A stretch of 64,000 nucleotides of DNA from Girardia tigrina (Eukaryota), in contig MQRK01228891.1 of assembly GCA_001938485.1 (NCBI GenBank), positions 94,178-158,177 on the forward strand. The letters are read 5' to 3'. The notes under the pieces were generated by a model that worked only from the letters and a program-made list of their open reading frames with translations, did no database searches and was not told the origin of the DNA. The position numbers and the translations under genes were made by a program. Every line of letters starts with the position of its first letter. The stretch's first letter is position 1. Of the stretch, positions 1 to 13,573 are shown piece by piece.

Positions 1-350
1 AGACCACCCGTCTTGTTGATGTCACTAGGAATAACTCTTTCCATTGTAACATTATCGGCATTTCGAGTGCCATCGACGAGCTGATCTTGCGCTTTGATGA
101 TGAACATTTCTGTTCCCTTCTGTTCTGAACGCCTCCAGCACGGTTTTGTTGTGTTTGTCAACTTGGTCATTTGTCGGGTAGATGAAAATGAAAAAAAAAG
201 CAGTGAAAATGAAATAGTGTATTGTCATCTAGAATACATCACTCCTGAAAATTTCAAGTCACCAGCACAACGGGAAGTGGGTGAAATTTCGATCGCAAGA
301 TTTGATCCATACAGACAAACAAACAAATGAAACGTAATAAAAGCTTGTAA

Positions 351-479
351 AAACATTAACTAAAAGTTATCAATTTAGAACGATGTCGAATGACGAGAGT
401 TTTGCTGAGAGATGTCCGAAAGACAATTCTGATTGTATTGAAAATAAAAGTTTGAAAACTAATGTTGGTGTTCTTAATA
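351..479 (+). mobile_element. 3' end of a TG...TA solo-LTR-like element (5'-truncated)
   Basis: Near-identical to 38686-38814, ending GGTGTTCTTAATA. Confidence 0.75.
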
Positions 480-3400
480 CGAACTTTGTAGACGAACAAT
501 CTGGAGATTTTTAAAAATCGAAATATTCCTAAATCGCAATGCTCAGCTTTCAAAGCTACAATTACAGTATGTCTTTTTAATCTCTTGTGTAAGCTGAGTG
601 TTTGCCATTACTATTACACCATTCAAAGAAGAAATCATATGTAATAATTTACAGAAAGAGCCGGAAAACTATATATCCTCATACTATAAGCATACAAATG
701 AATGATGTACACCAAATCTATACGAATTTATTCGTGGGCTGACTGGAATATATTTGATTCCCAAAATTTTATTAATTCAATATTTGTTTATTATATATCG
801 ATTTTCACGACATCCTTAAAACAACATAAATAATAACATTAACAAAGATTCATAAATAAATTTAATTAAAACAATAATTAAAAATCTTACCATATTTACT
901 GATTGAAAATAAACTAATTTATTTCATAATTAAAATGTAATTATTTTACGATTTATATAAAATCTGTTAATAATTAAGAGATATTAATTCTTTTTCATGA
1001 AAGTTTTTATTCAAATATTTAACTGAAATTTTATTTTTTTTGTTCAAAAATTATTAACATAAAAAAGCATTAAATTTTATTTCAAAGGAAAAACACAAAA
1101 TAATTTCATCAAATAAATAAATAATTTTAACATTAAAAAAAAAATTTTTTTTTATATTTTAAAATTCAACAACAAAAAACAACAAATAAAAATTTTAAAT
1201 GATAAAATAAATATCGGTATTAAAATTTTCTTTTTGTTTTTTTTTAATTTTTATTTTTGTATTATTAATTTCATCAAATCCAAACATTACAAAAATATAG
1301 AAGGTTGTTTTTTATCGTTTATTAAAGTTAATTAAAATCAAACAAATTAAATATTAATGTTTTTTTTAATAATTAATTAATTAAAAATAACAATTAATTT
1401 TTCTTTTTTTGATATAACAGAACAAGGTAAATAAATTATTAGGATAAAATTACTATATGAATCATATATAGGGGAATGTAATTATTTGCGCTGAGTCTGT
1501 ATGTCCGTCCCCCCGTCCTCCTGCCATCCCCCCATGTTATTCAAACTCTTTCTGTATGTTTCAATAACAATTTGTTCAAATATGTCTTGTGGAAATGTTG
1601 TGTTAACGTTGGGAATTGGTTGCATGTGTCCAAAATACCCAAGAAAATAGTCGAATACGGCAGCAAGCATTGTTAATGTAAGAAGCAGTTTAATGAGAAC
1701 TGTATTCTTCCCATTTCCATCGACATATTTCTGTTTGTGTATGGCAGGACTACTGGCGCATATTTTAATTGCAATTATTTTTCAAACATTAAATGTAGAG
1801 AGAGAGAAAGAAATTCTAATAATAAAGTGAAGAATTGCAATTTCGAGCCCGTTGTTGTCGTGTTAATCAGAAATCCATTTCGTATTGATTAGAAGCAAAT
1901 ATGTTCAAATTGAGAAATGGGAAAATTGATAGAATGCATCGCATTTTCGCTTGCTACGATTGATTTTTTAATGTGTCCGTAAGGATGTGCGATGTCTGCG
2001 AGGCGCGCAGACAATTTAATAATGTACATTAGGGACGATATTTAGCTTCTTGTTCTCCTCCAGCAGAGGTAACAGAATTTGAGCTCAAGACATCAGTTCA
2101 GAAATCGATTTACTGTTTGCTATTTTGCTTGGATGGTTATCTGAGAAATCAATATTATTTATATAAAATTTTCCTGGGTTTTTTTTGTTTTGATGAGCAT
2201 GTTTATATTTGAAAGAAAAGAAATTCCTAATAAATTATAATATTTTTTTTCATTTTTTAGGATTTTTTTTATTTTTAATTTAGTAAAAAAATAATTAAAA
2301 AAATAATTTAAAATAAATTAACATTTAATTTTTTTTATAAATTATATTTTTAAGATAGTTTTAAATTATAAATAAATAAATAATATATATAATCTGAGAA
2401 ATCAATATTTATATCAAAGAAATTTTTGTTCTGATTTTTATAAGCATGTTTAAAATTAATATTTTTTTTTAAAAAAATAAAATTTTGATTTTTTTTTAAT
2501 TTTACAATTTTCCTGAATTTTTAAAATTCTGTTTATATATATAAACTTAAAATTTGATATGCATAATTTAATATAAAAATTAAATAATAAATTTATTTTT
2601 ATTTATCCTTTTAATTTTATAAAAAATACTCAAAACTTATATTTTGCTATAAAAAATATTTTATATAATCAAATTTTGATTTTTTTGAATTTGTTAATAA
2701 ATTACAAATATTTTTTATCAAATAATTTAACATTAATAATCACATTATTATTTTTCTTCAATTATAATGAAAAATAAATGATATTTTTTAACATTTTTTT
2801 CTAAAAATTACATTTTGATATTTTCTTATTTTTATAAAAATAACTAACAATTTTATGATTTTAATACAATTTATTTATTTCTATTTTATTAAATATTTTT
2901 AATATTACTTTAATATTTATTTTGTAATATTTTTTAAGGCATTTTTTTAAATTTATTTTTTTTCAATTTAAATAAATAATTAAAAGAGTATCTCAATTAT
3001 CGAAAATTGTAAATTATCAATTTACAAGAGCATATAAATCTTGTCCCCCGCGACAGATCCGTGACGGATTGGCCCAACCCTGCACCGTGAGACCGGACTC
3101 AAATATTTATTGGAATTTAAGTCAAAAATTAAAATTAAAATTTATCAAAAGCTCATTAATGATGGAAGGAAGAAAACTTTTCGTGTAACAACTGATTCAT
3201 TAATTATTTACATATTTTGAATTCCTAATTAATATGCTTTTCCAAATATTTTAGTTTCTTGAAAACATATATTAATCTAATTTGAGTATATAATAATTGC
3301 CTGTATGGTTATATAAAATGCTTCGGGAATAAATTATCTTAATCGTCTTTAGGATACAATTTTATCATAAACAAAAGTTACTTAAAGAAAATCGAATTCC

Positions 3401-4789
3401 ATAGAACATTATGCCAGACTCATAAGACTAGGGGACAATTCTATTTATGCGAACGAATGAGTATTTATGCTGAGAATAGAACTTTTACATCGGGCCGGGA
3501 CAACATGGCGCCCGTGAGACTACATTCAGATGGAACATTTTCATTTTTTGATATCATTTTTTCGAAAGAAATTCACATTTTTCTGTAAAAGAAATATCAG
3601 TCTCATCTAAAATGAGAATGATTTCAAAGATGTTTTGAGTGCTTTCATTGTTTTCTACTTATCCTCGAGGGATAACACTCAAAAAGAAGTCCTCTTCTCA
3701 AAGGTTTCGTCGGGAAGTATTATCTAATGATATGGTTTTCGTTTCTCAGATTTAATATTTTTAAAAGAAGGCAATTTTTTGAAAGTAATTTTTTCGGCTC
3801 TGTTTAACACGTTGCCGCTCATGATGTTTAATGATATGTAGACAAATGACGGCTGTAGACGACTTACATTCTTGGATTAATAAAAACAGAACCATAGATA
3901 GTACAACGTGTACTAATGCATTAATGCAATGCAAATTGCGGCTATAACTGTCCTTAAAAAATTTTGGACATGTGTGATTATTTTCGATTTCGAATATGTA
4001 ACTGATGCTTAATTTCATATGGAAATATCTAATAATTAAGTGTTTCTTGGCATGATCTTGAAATAAAGGTGTGCGACAACGTGTTAAAGATCCTTTTCAA
4101 AAAAACATGATCTTTTAAGTTCTAAAAAAACAGATTTGGATAACTTTGAAATAAAAATTAAATAACCTATCCTTTTCTTAAAGATGACGGTTAAATTTGA
4201 GGTTCGTCTATCTTGAGGATCGTGATTAGTTTAAAATGGAAACAATAATGGAGTCTCTTAAAAATACATTTTTTATTTGTTTTACGTCCATCTTTCTTTT
4301 ATATCATCACTTAAGTGAAACCATAAAATAAATTCTGTTATAAAACTTTAATCCTCTTTATGTTTTTAATCTTCTTAATGATTACTTATTTTCTCTTCTT
4401 TAACGACGTAATCATTAGATCTTGTGGTTTTTAGTCCGAAACAAGAAAAAGTCATGTTATTAAAGTGATTCTTGATCATTAATTTTACCACCTCATTAGT
4501 AACACCTCACCTGCAACTCCATTCAAAAAGTTATCAAGATTTTAAAGTCTGCCAGAAATATCACAATAACTGTCCTTTCGACTGTGTTCATTAATCCATT
4601 TACGGAGAGAACAAGCAGTCTCTCCAATACATGCAGAGTTACACCAATTATATCTACACTTATAAACTACATCTTAGACCTTTGATTTCTTGACATTACC
4701 AAAAACCAATAATTGTAAAACATAAGGAAAAAAGCTAACTAAACGTAGTTTTGATTTTGTTTTATAATTTTTAAATTGAAAATCATGTT

Positions 4790-5337
4790 TTGAATACTCT
4801 TAGACAACGCTTGAGGACAACATGTACACAAACGAAAAGATAGATCACAATATTAAGGTTACATTGGATAAATTATGTACACATTCATAATTTGAGAATC
4901 GATTAAAAGAAGAAAAATAAATAAATACTAAATAAATAAAATAAAATAAATAATAATGAAGAAAAATAAATAAGTTAAAAGCTTCCTCTCGAATAAATCG
5001 AAAACGAATTGTAGATTGCAAGCTAATCTGGTTTAGAAATTTGATATTGACGGGTGTAAACACTTGTACATTGGTGAGACAAATCATCATTACAAAACCC
5101 TGATTAGTAAACATTCACAATCAAGCGGATCGAGTAAGGTTCTTGATCATTGGTTACACTGTAAAAATAGAATCTCTTCTGTTTCATAGGATGAGTTTTC
5201 TGTTTTACAGAATGGCTTTGATTTAGACTATGAGCGGCAGTTCTGTGAATCATTATTAATACGACACCTGAAACCCATTAATAAACATTCAAAATGAACG
5301 AAGTAAAGCCGTTTCAATTCTTAACATTTTTAATTAA
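4790..5337 (+). mobile_element. Degenerate Penelope-like element (RT thumb plus GIY-YIG endonuclease)
   Basis: Manual translation gives NLV*KFDIDGCKHLYIGETNHHYKTLISKH...KVLDHWLHCK and FCESLLIRHLKP. 4800-4885 is similar to 8740-8820. Confidence 0.8.
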
Positions 5338-5487
5338 ATAAATTTAAGTTTTCCATTAATATCAAATAATATTGTAAGAAATTACAATCTTTTACTTCAA
5401 AATTTTGTTTAATCTAACATTAAAATCAACATTAAAAAATCATTCTCAGTAACAAATTATACTTGGTTATGATGATGTATAAAAATT

Positions 5488-5488
<1 letters not shown>

Positions 5489-5549
<61 letters not shown>
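5489..5549. repeat. (CA)n(TA)n microsatellite
   Basis: Read directly; similar tracts at about 31821-31850, 37415-37455 and 40470-40511. Confidence 0.95.
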
Positions 5550-5552
<3 letters not shown>

Positions 5553-5863
5553 AGAGAAATATTTATACAGACAGACAAGTATATATAAACTATAAAATAT
5601 TTTTCGATTTGGTCAAAGAAATCGGTGGACTATTGAATCTACCGACAACATCGGTAATTACCCCCCCTCCAGAAAAGAGGTACTCGATTTAATAGCTTTT
5701 CAAGTAGTAAGTTTGAAATCGTATTATCGAAAGAACACATTTGATTGAAAATTTAATTTGAAGAAAAGGACTCATTTCCTGAATACGTGATTATTCTCGT
5801 AAATTGATCTTATCCTCGTCGAATAAATAATTTCATCAACCAAAATAAAATAATATATATATA

Positions 5864-8061
5864 CAGTAAGACCCCGCTTAGCGCTGCTCCGCTTAGCGCT
5901 GTTTCGGTTTAACGCGGTTTTATTTGAATAGGGTATTCCCCGAAAATTTATTATCAATTATTTATTATCAATTTATTATCAATTTATTATCAATTATTTA
6001 ACATTTGTTGCCGTTATTGTAAGTATAAATAAATGAAATACATTAAATAATAAAATTTTTAGTTTTACTATGGGTGATAATAAAAAACACGAAATTAAAG
6101 CGACAAGAAAGAGCATTTCGCTGGACACGAAAATGCAAGTGCTTAGAAGATTAGATGCTGGTGAACGTCAGACTCAAATTGGTACTGATTTGAACTTGTC
6201 AACCTCAACTATAAGGACAATTCTTAAGAATAAAGAAAAAATAGTATCATCAGCAACTACAACTACAACAACTTCTTCAAGTAGAGTTTCCCGTTCTAGA
6301 AATTATACCATAGAGGAAATGGAAAAACGACTTTCTATATGGATTGAGGACGAAATTGAACGCAATATGCCGTTAAGTCAAGCTATTATAATGGAAAAAG
6401 CGAAAAGAATTTTTTGTCACATTCAGGGTGAAACCGGCGACGCATCTGAAACATTCGTTGCAAGCCGAGGATGGTTTAACAGATTTAAACATCGTAATAA
6501 CCTTCACAACATACAGATTACAGGAGAAGCGGCAAGTGGAGATGCAAAAGCGGCAGCTGAATTCCCAGCGATATTAAAAACAATCATTGAACGAGGAAAC
6601 TATCGCCCAGAATTGGTATTTAATGTAGACGAGACGGGCTTATTTTGGAAGAGGATGCCAAAAAGAACATTTTTAAGTTTCGAAGAAAAACGTGCACCAG
6701 GCTTTAAAGCAGCGAAAGATCGCCTAACCCTTTTACTAGGTGGTAATGCCAATGGAGACTTTAAATTAAAGCCCCTACTTGTGTACCACTCAAAAAATCC
6801 TAGGGCGATGAAAAGAATATCTAAAGAAACTTTGCCTGTGATTTGGGTGTCCAATAAGAAGTCGTGGATAACAATGAATATTTTTAAAAATTGGTTCGTT
6901 GAACATTTTTGCCCCACCGTTAAACGCTATTGCGAAAGAAAAAATCTTAAACCCAAAGTGTTACTTTTGATGGACAATGCTCCAAGCCACCCAACGAATT
7001 TATCTAACATAGAAACAGGCATTTCAGTCGAAGTGGTTTTCCTACCACCTAATACAACTGCCCTGATCCAACCGATGGATCAGGGTGTTATATCAAATTT
7101 TAAGGCATACTATTTGCGGCGAACATTTACACAGTTGTTTGAGAAAACAGATGGACAAAACAAACAATCAATAAGAGATTTTTGGAAGAACTACAATATC
7201 CTAGATGCCGTAGAAAACATAAATCTTTCTTGGAATGAGGTGACAGAAAAATGTTTGAAAGGGGTTTGGAAGAAAATATGGCCAGATCTAAACAAAGAAG
7301 ATGACACTTTACAAGAGAATGTTAACATCAACGAAATAGTTGAACTAGCAAAACAAACGGGTATAGGTGAAGTTGATGTGCAAGATCTTGAAGAGATATT
7401 CGAAGAAAAAGCAGAAAGTTTTTCTAATGATGAACTCTCGGAATTGGCGCACCACGAAGAACACGAAAATATTGATAGTAGCGATTCTGAAGAAGAGCGA
7501 AAAGAACTTTCAACGGCATTTCTAAAATCTAGTTTAGACACTATAACGGAAATTATGGACCAATTTATAGAAAATGACACGGATTTTGATAGGAGCTCAA
7601 AGGCAAAAAGGGGTGTCATGGATGCCTTATCCACTTATCGAGAACTTCTTACACAGCGCAAACGAAAAACGCAATTGACATTAGACACATTTTTGTTCAA
7701 AAGACAGAAAACTGGAAATGAGGAAAAATTAGAATGATCTCAAATGTAAATGATGATTCATTTGTTTTTCATTTTTCGCATCGAGAGTTTATAATTTGAT
7801 TCACTTTTAAAGGTTGGTTTAAAATTACTTATACCTGGTGTATGTTTATTAATGTTCATTTATTTGTAAGAAATAAATTTTTGTTGTATTGTTATTAAAA
7901 AAACCATATTTAATAAACTTAAACGACACAATATACGTGTATTTTTTAAAATTCTCCCCTAACCCCAATATTAACATGATGACATAACCTCGTATAACGC
8001 TGTTTCGTATAACGCTCTACTTTGTTGGAACGTATCCCCCGTGTTAAACGGGGTATTACTG
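5864..8061 (+). mobile_element. Tigger/pogo-family DNA transposon, apparently full length
   Basis: TA-flanked imperfect TIRs CAGTAAGACCCCGCTTAGCGC versus (reverse complement) CAGTAATACCCCGTTTAACAC; subterminal repeats at both ends; encloses an intact transposase. Confidence 0.93.
6070..7737 (+). CDS. Tigger/pogo transposase, 555 aa (psq HTH, CENP-B-type HTH, DDD domain)
   Basis: RKSISLDTKMQVLRRL, FVASRGWFNRFKHR, FNVDETGLFWK, LLLMDNAPSHP, LIQPMDQGVI (34 residues between the 2nd and 3rd Asp); no stops. Confidence 0.95.
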   Translation: MGDNKKHEIKATRKSISLDTKMQVLRRLDAGERQTQIGTDLNLSTSTIRTILKNKEKIVSSATTTTTTSSSRVSRSRNYTIEEMEKRLSIWIEDEIERNMPLSQAIIMEKAKRIFCHIQGETGDASETFVASRGWFNRFKHRNNLHNIQITGEAASGDAKAAAEFPAILKTIIERGNYRPELVFNVDETGLFWKRMPKRTFLSFEEKRAPGFKAAKDRLTLLLGGNANGDFKLKPLLVYHSKNPRAMKRISKETLPVIWVSNKKSWITMNIFKNWFVEHFCPTVKRYCERKNLKPKVLLLMDNAPSHPTNLSNIETGISVEVVFLPPNTTALIQPMDQGVISNFKAYYLRRTFTQLFEKTDGQNKQSIRDFWKNYNILDAVENINLSWNEVTEKCLKGVWKKIWPDLNKEDDTLQENVNINEIVELAKQTGIGEVDVQDLEEIFEEKAESFSNDELSELAHHEEHENIDSSDSEEERKELSTAFLKSSLDTITEIMDQFIENDTDFDRSSKAKRGVMDALSTYRELLTQRKRKTQLTLDTFLFKRQKTGNEEKLE

Positions 8062-8669
8062 TATATATAAAATTCTGATAATTAAAATCTTCAGAACTAA
8101 ACCGGAATGTGTTTTTAAAATGGAAAATTGTGAAATAATCTAAATTCAGCCGTGATAAATTCTGTAAATTAATGGCAATTTAATTGGAATTTTAGAGTAA
8201 AAATAACATTTATTATGTACATGGAACACATCTTTGAAAAACAAAAGAATCCTAATTTTATTTTTAAAAAATTTTTAAGTAAAAATACAACATTTTTGAA
8301 GTATCTTTCATAGTAAGTGTTTAGGATTCCACAATTCTTTCGTGTTGGTTATATTTATTAAATAACCACTTCATAGAAACATTAGCCACACCATTTTAAA
8401 ATATATTTTGGGATTATATATTCAGACAGTTTTACCTTCATCTTCAGATCACTGATTTTGAGCCTTTTTACAGCTTGTATCTGTGAAATAAACGATTACA
8501 TTACGTTAAGGCAATCTGTTAAGTAAAGTTAATTTAAAACTCTTAACAAATTGTTTGTAAGGGATTAAGAAATTATACATTCACTAATTCCTCATATACA
8601 TTATAATAATTTCTTTATATTTATTTATATATATATATATTACTTAACTTTCTTTCATGATATACTTAA

Positions 8670-8875
8670 CATAACACAGAGTTTGCAGTTTGTCTTCCAA
8701 TTTCAAAACCACAAATCATAGTTTAAATAATCTTAGCGGGCTCTTGATGGAAAACATGTACACAAACAAACAGATAGCTCACAACATTAAAGTTACATTG
8801 GATAAATTATGTACACAAACACGGGTTAATAAAGAAATAAATGAAGGAAACATTGAAGAGTACAAACAAATAATC
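8670..8875 (+). mobile_element. Penelope-like element RT-thumb fragment
   Basis: HRVCSLSSNFKTTNHSLNNLSGLLMENMYTNKQIAHNIKVTLDKL resembles the PLE RxxxICS...L..NGY thumb; truncated by a mariner at 8878. Confidence 0.6.
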
Positions 8876-8877
8876 TA

Positions 8878-9490
8878 CAAGGTGCGATCCATAAGTCCTT
8901 AGACTCGACAAGAAAGCAAAGCCCAATCAACTTTCTTTTTTCAGAATCAGTACATGACATCAAAGTGAATCATTTCTCAATGCACGAGCCGTGTACATCA
9001 ACACACTTGTGCCAGTGAGCAACAAGCTCAGAGAACGCATTTTTGTAAAAATTTGGAGGCGAAGAATTGAGAATATCAAGGACTTTCTCCTTGAGGACAT
9101 CAACTGAATGAAATTGGACAACTTTCAAATGTTTCTTAGGTGTTTAAATAACGCAAAATCATTTGAGGCTAGGTCAGGGCTATAGGAAGGATGGGAAACC
9201 AATTGAAAGTCACAGTCATCCACAGCAGTCAAAGTTGCTCACGAAGTGTGAATGGGTGTATTGTCTTAAAGTAGTCACAATGGGATCCCTCTTGGCTTCC
9301 TATGAAACTTTCTCACATCGCGAAATAATTCAACATTATACTCACTATTCATTGTCAGTCCTTTCTCAAGGAAATCAATTTTATTAATGCCATGGGAATC
9401 CCAGAACACTGTCAGCATTACTGCTCGCTTGTATGAGGTGCCGCTTCGAACATTTCTTAGTTCTTCATTTGAGCTCAAGGGTCACTTCTC
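8878..9490 (-). mobile_element. mariner transposon relic
   Basis: VMLTVFWDSHGINKIDFLEKGLTMNSEY and PSYSPDLASNDF (YSPDL motif) on the minus strand; TA-flanked terminus CAAGGTGCGATCCATAAGT at 8878. Confidence 0.85.
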
Positions 9491-10739
9491 AATGCTGTCT
9501 TTAAGATATCCTTTTAAACGGAAATCTCCCAGATGTTATCAAGTCTCAACCAATATGCCTTTTTAATATCTTTTAGAGGTTTTCAAATTAATTTTGATTG
9601 CGATTATCATCCTTAAACTCAGAAACATAATTTAAAATTATTATTCTTTTTGTAACAAATTTCTAGAAACATAAATTTTTCTTTGACTGCACCTAGTTTA
9701 CTAACAAATGTAATTATATTTGTACATTCATATTGGAAAATGATTCCAAATTTAAAGAACAATAAACCTTTCTTGCAGGAATTACTTGTTTATTTAATGG
9801 ATTTTAGGTAGACCCACTTAAATTGGCAAGGGAAAGACATTTTATTTTGGAAACCAACAATAATGTTCTCAAAACATTAAAATTGATTTGTATAAGGGAT
9901 TAGTTTAAATTTAAGTTTCGCCAAAATAATTTATTATTTTTTTGATTTGAAAATTTAAAAGAAATAAATTAAAAAAATTAAATGTAGAGTAAAAATATGA
10001 TAAATAAATACTTATTTAAAATATGTTTACAGTAATAACAATTGATATATTTTGATAAAAGTTATGAAATAAGTTAAATAAATTTTAAATAAATTTTAAA
10101 TAAATAATTAACGGATCAATATTTAAGAAATAATTTTTTAACAAAAGGGTCTATTGTAAATTTAAATTAATTAGTTTTTATGATAAAGTTTCGTAGAAAA
10201 ATGTAAAATAATTTAAGGTTTAGGTTTTGTAAAATTTTCGTAAAAAATGTAAAAATAATTTGAAGTTTATATTTCGTAACTTTTCAAAATTTAATCGAAA
10301 AAATTTATGAATTAATTTTGGGCGAAATAATTAAATTAATAAGAAATTTGTTTAAGTATGTGAATTGTTGATATTAATAAATTTTGTGGTGTGAAATTAT
10401 GACTTCAGAATGTGATAATAATGAAAGTGGCATAAACGCTACTTACAATTTGAACAAAAGACTTTTAAAGAAAAACTATTTATTGAAATCCTAAATAATT
10501 AATTGATTAAATCATTAAATATTCATAATATTAATAATTGCACCTTATTCTGAAGAATTTAAAAACTTTAAAAAATGCATTGTTAAAAGCAACTAACAAT
10601 GAATTAAATTTTAAAATTATATAACGATCTCAAAAGCTTCAAAATATGTTCAGTAATAAATCTATTACATCTTTATCACTATTGTTAAGAGAACTCACAT
10701 ATTTGACAGAACATTTATTACATTCACATTTCTTATCAT

Positions 10740-11070
10740 CTTTATGGTGATCAATAGTAATGCTTTCACTTAGATACATCAATCAATTTTCAATATCTCT
10801 CATTATAATCTGAACTATACTTGATAAGATTAATTGTTAATTAGGTTACGTTATCCTAAAATCGATGTTCAATCGGCAGTCTCAACCAGCTTATTGAGAA
10901 TTTTTGATTAGCATGATTTCATGCAATCGATTACATAATCATCATTTTTGTATTTATATCCAGGTGAATTGATTATTAATTAGTGACCTGAAGATGACGG
11001 TTGATCCGTCGGACTATAATGTATTGAAATATATTTTTAAATGGATGAGTTTTGTTTGTAACAAAAAATT
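10740..11070 (+). mobile_element. Penelope-like 3' end (pLTR) with hammerhead-like motif
   Basis: YPKIDVQSAVSTSLLRIFD* C-terminus followed by gac-CTGAAGATGACGGTTGATCCGTC-ggac at 10985-11014; inverted homologue at 18740-18955. Confidence 0.65.
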
Positions 11071-13492
11071 TTCATCCTGATTGAAGTTTATAACTATGTA
11101 ATTGTTTATTAATTAAAATTTTCTTGTTGCTAATTAAACTCGGAATTTTATCAGTCACAACCTTTTTAGTAACTATGGAAAACAAGTAGTTTAATCCTCT
11201 ACCATCCATCCAGGATGGATAATTACGTTGACCAAAGGTACGTTGCAATGACACAATGAGACCACAAAGTGCGTGCATCCCAAAGCAAGTTTTACAAAGA
11301 ATGTCATATTCATCAACAAATTTTATATCTAAAAGACATGATGCAACTGACCCCTTGCATCTCATACAATAGGATGTATATAAATTATAAGAAACTTCCC
11401 TTCAAATTAGTAACTGTTTTCAGGGTCCGAAAGACTAAGATTTTTTCAAATATCGCTTGGAATTAAATAATTAATTACCCAGGAATAAATTGTTTGCATA
11501 AAAGAGGACTTTTCCATTAAATTTATTGTAAAAGAAATCATTTAATAAATACTTAAAGTAACATTTTTCTCAATGGTTTAAGTCTCAGTTTCTATTATCA
11601 ATATATTAATTATAAATGTATCAGAGTAATATTTTACACTTAAAACATATGCATTAAATTTGCATTAATGTCGCCGGGAAAGTTTTACTAAAAATGTTTA
11701 GAGGAAAAAGCCGTTCATTTAACAAAGAGAATATTAATAGGAAAATAAGAAAAAACTGATTTTATGCTTTTCTTATTAAAATTTATTTGTCATTTTAGAG
11801 TTAATAAAAAACTTAAATGAAAGGTTTGGTGTTCTTTTCCTTTTGTCTCCATAGAAAATAGTTGGAAAGTCAACATTATGGGCTTTTGTTTTCCAATAAT
11901 TCCTTTTGGAAAATCATTTGATAAAGAAAGAGGACGCTTGGAGTTTTAATAAATTTCCTTTAAAAACTAAATTTTCGTTGAAACTGACTTAGGATTTTGT
12001 GACCTCGTAAATTTTTGAATTTTAAAAATGTAACACTTAAAAAATTTTAAAGATATTTCATTAAAAATTTTATAATTGTGAAGATTTCAAAATGCTTCAT
12101 TAAACTAGATTTTTAAAATTTGTTGTTGAAAAACATTTTAAAATAAAGCTAAAATAAATTTTAAATTTACCTACAAAAGTTTAACCTATAAATTTTAGGA
12201 TTAACACAAATTAAGTTAAAAACTATTTTGTACATAATTTTTATTTGAATATAAAAAATTAAGGATTAATAAATTCAGGTAATATTGCAATTTAATTTCA
12301 TTTGATTATCAAATTTTTACAATTAATATTACTTAAAATCAGATTGTAATTTAATATTATTTAATGAAGCAATAAAACCAAATATCACAATTTAATATTT
12401 AAAATTAGGATTAGCGTTACGAAACTAAAATCGAATATATAAGATTTGAATGTTTACTTATGAGTAACAATTAAAGTAAATTTTACGTCAATAAAAATTA
12501 TAATAAATGAAAAATGAAAGACTTAATAAAATTTAACAAAATTTTGTGACAAGTAATAAAACTAATTTTAAACTATAAACATCAATTAGTAAAATTAAAA
12601 TTTATATCGATATTTATAATTATTTTATTTATAACTGGTTTGTGAGATATAAGAAAACATTGTTCCTCAGAAATATGTCCAAAATAGTTAATTGTTAGAA
12701 ATAAAATATGAGAGTTATGAACTCTTTTATTGATCACAAACCGAACACTGACAAAATAATAAAAGTATGTCAAGAAATAAAAGGAGATTCGTTTTCCATT
12801 TGCGAAGTTACTTCTGTTCTTTTACACATTTTTATTCTTTTTCTTTGTTTTTTTTGTAAAAGTGGCTTCAGTGGTTTCGGTGATAGGGTAGCACAGATTA
12901 CCACCTCTTCATTAGTTTACAGGAACTAATTCTAACAGTACAAGGAAATCTGTCGTTATTATGAAGAGCAATAAAATAGCTTTTCAAATATTTATTTTTA
13001 TTACAATTAGAACTGTTCTTACAACAATTCTCAAACACACTTTCTTGGTTAAAAATTTAATATTCTTATAATGTAAGATAAACACAATAAAAAGTATTTA
13101 ATTTTTAAATTTAATTTATTTTAATAATTTAAATTTATAAACGGATTGAATTACTTTCAAATAATTGATATTAAAAATCGGAGAGGCATCACTCTAAAAA
13201 ATAAATATACCAAAAAGTTTAATAAACAAACCATAATACTGGAAGATATTCCTCATAACTTAAATCCATCTTTATACATCACACTTTAACATAAACCCTC
13301 GTCCGATACTCGGGTGAAATTTCATCCTTGGTTGATTTTAAAAGGTTGTAGTTTCTAAAATTCCATACCAGTATTTTCTAACATTTTGTTATGAATTCAC
13401 ATTTATTTCAAAAGTCATTCAAATCACACTAATTAAATTGTTGAGCCGTTATAATAACAATGAAAATATTTTAATTACTTTATCAAGTATCT

Positions 13493-13573
13493 AGTCTGGT
13501 GCCAGCAGCCGCGGTAATTTCAGCTCCAAAAGTGAATATTAAAGTTGTTGCTGTTAAAAAGCTCGTCATTGAA
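13493..13573 (+). pseudogene. 18S rRNA fragment (universal GTGCCAGCAGCCGCGGTAA region)
   Basis: AGTCTGGTGCCAGCAGCCGCGGTAATTtCAGCTCCAAaAGtgaATATTAAAGTTGTTGCtGTTAAAAAGCTCGT matches the eukaryotic SSU consensus with several substitutions; no flanking rDNA. Confidence 0.9.

Noticed and set aside
404-425. CTGAGAGATGTCCGAAAGAC resembling a hammerhead
   Set aside because: Not CUGANGA, and the GAAA lies in a hairpin loop; it is part of the TG...TA repeat.
1421-1426. Apparent 6-nt microexon (cag|AACAAG|gtaaat)
   Set aside because: Easily arises by chance in AT-rich DNA; needs transcript evidence.
1482-1670. 62-aa minus-strand ORF
   Set aside because: No recognisable domain and no convincing splice partners.
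6600-7634. Minus-strand ORFs of 105 and 147 aa
   Set aside because: Antisense shadows of the Tigger transposase.
13493-13573. Functional rRNA gene or bacterial contamination
   Set aside because: Only about 80 nt, eukaryotic-type, mutated and embedded in host AT-rich DNA.
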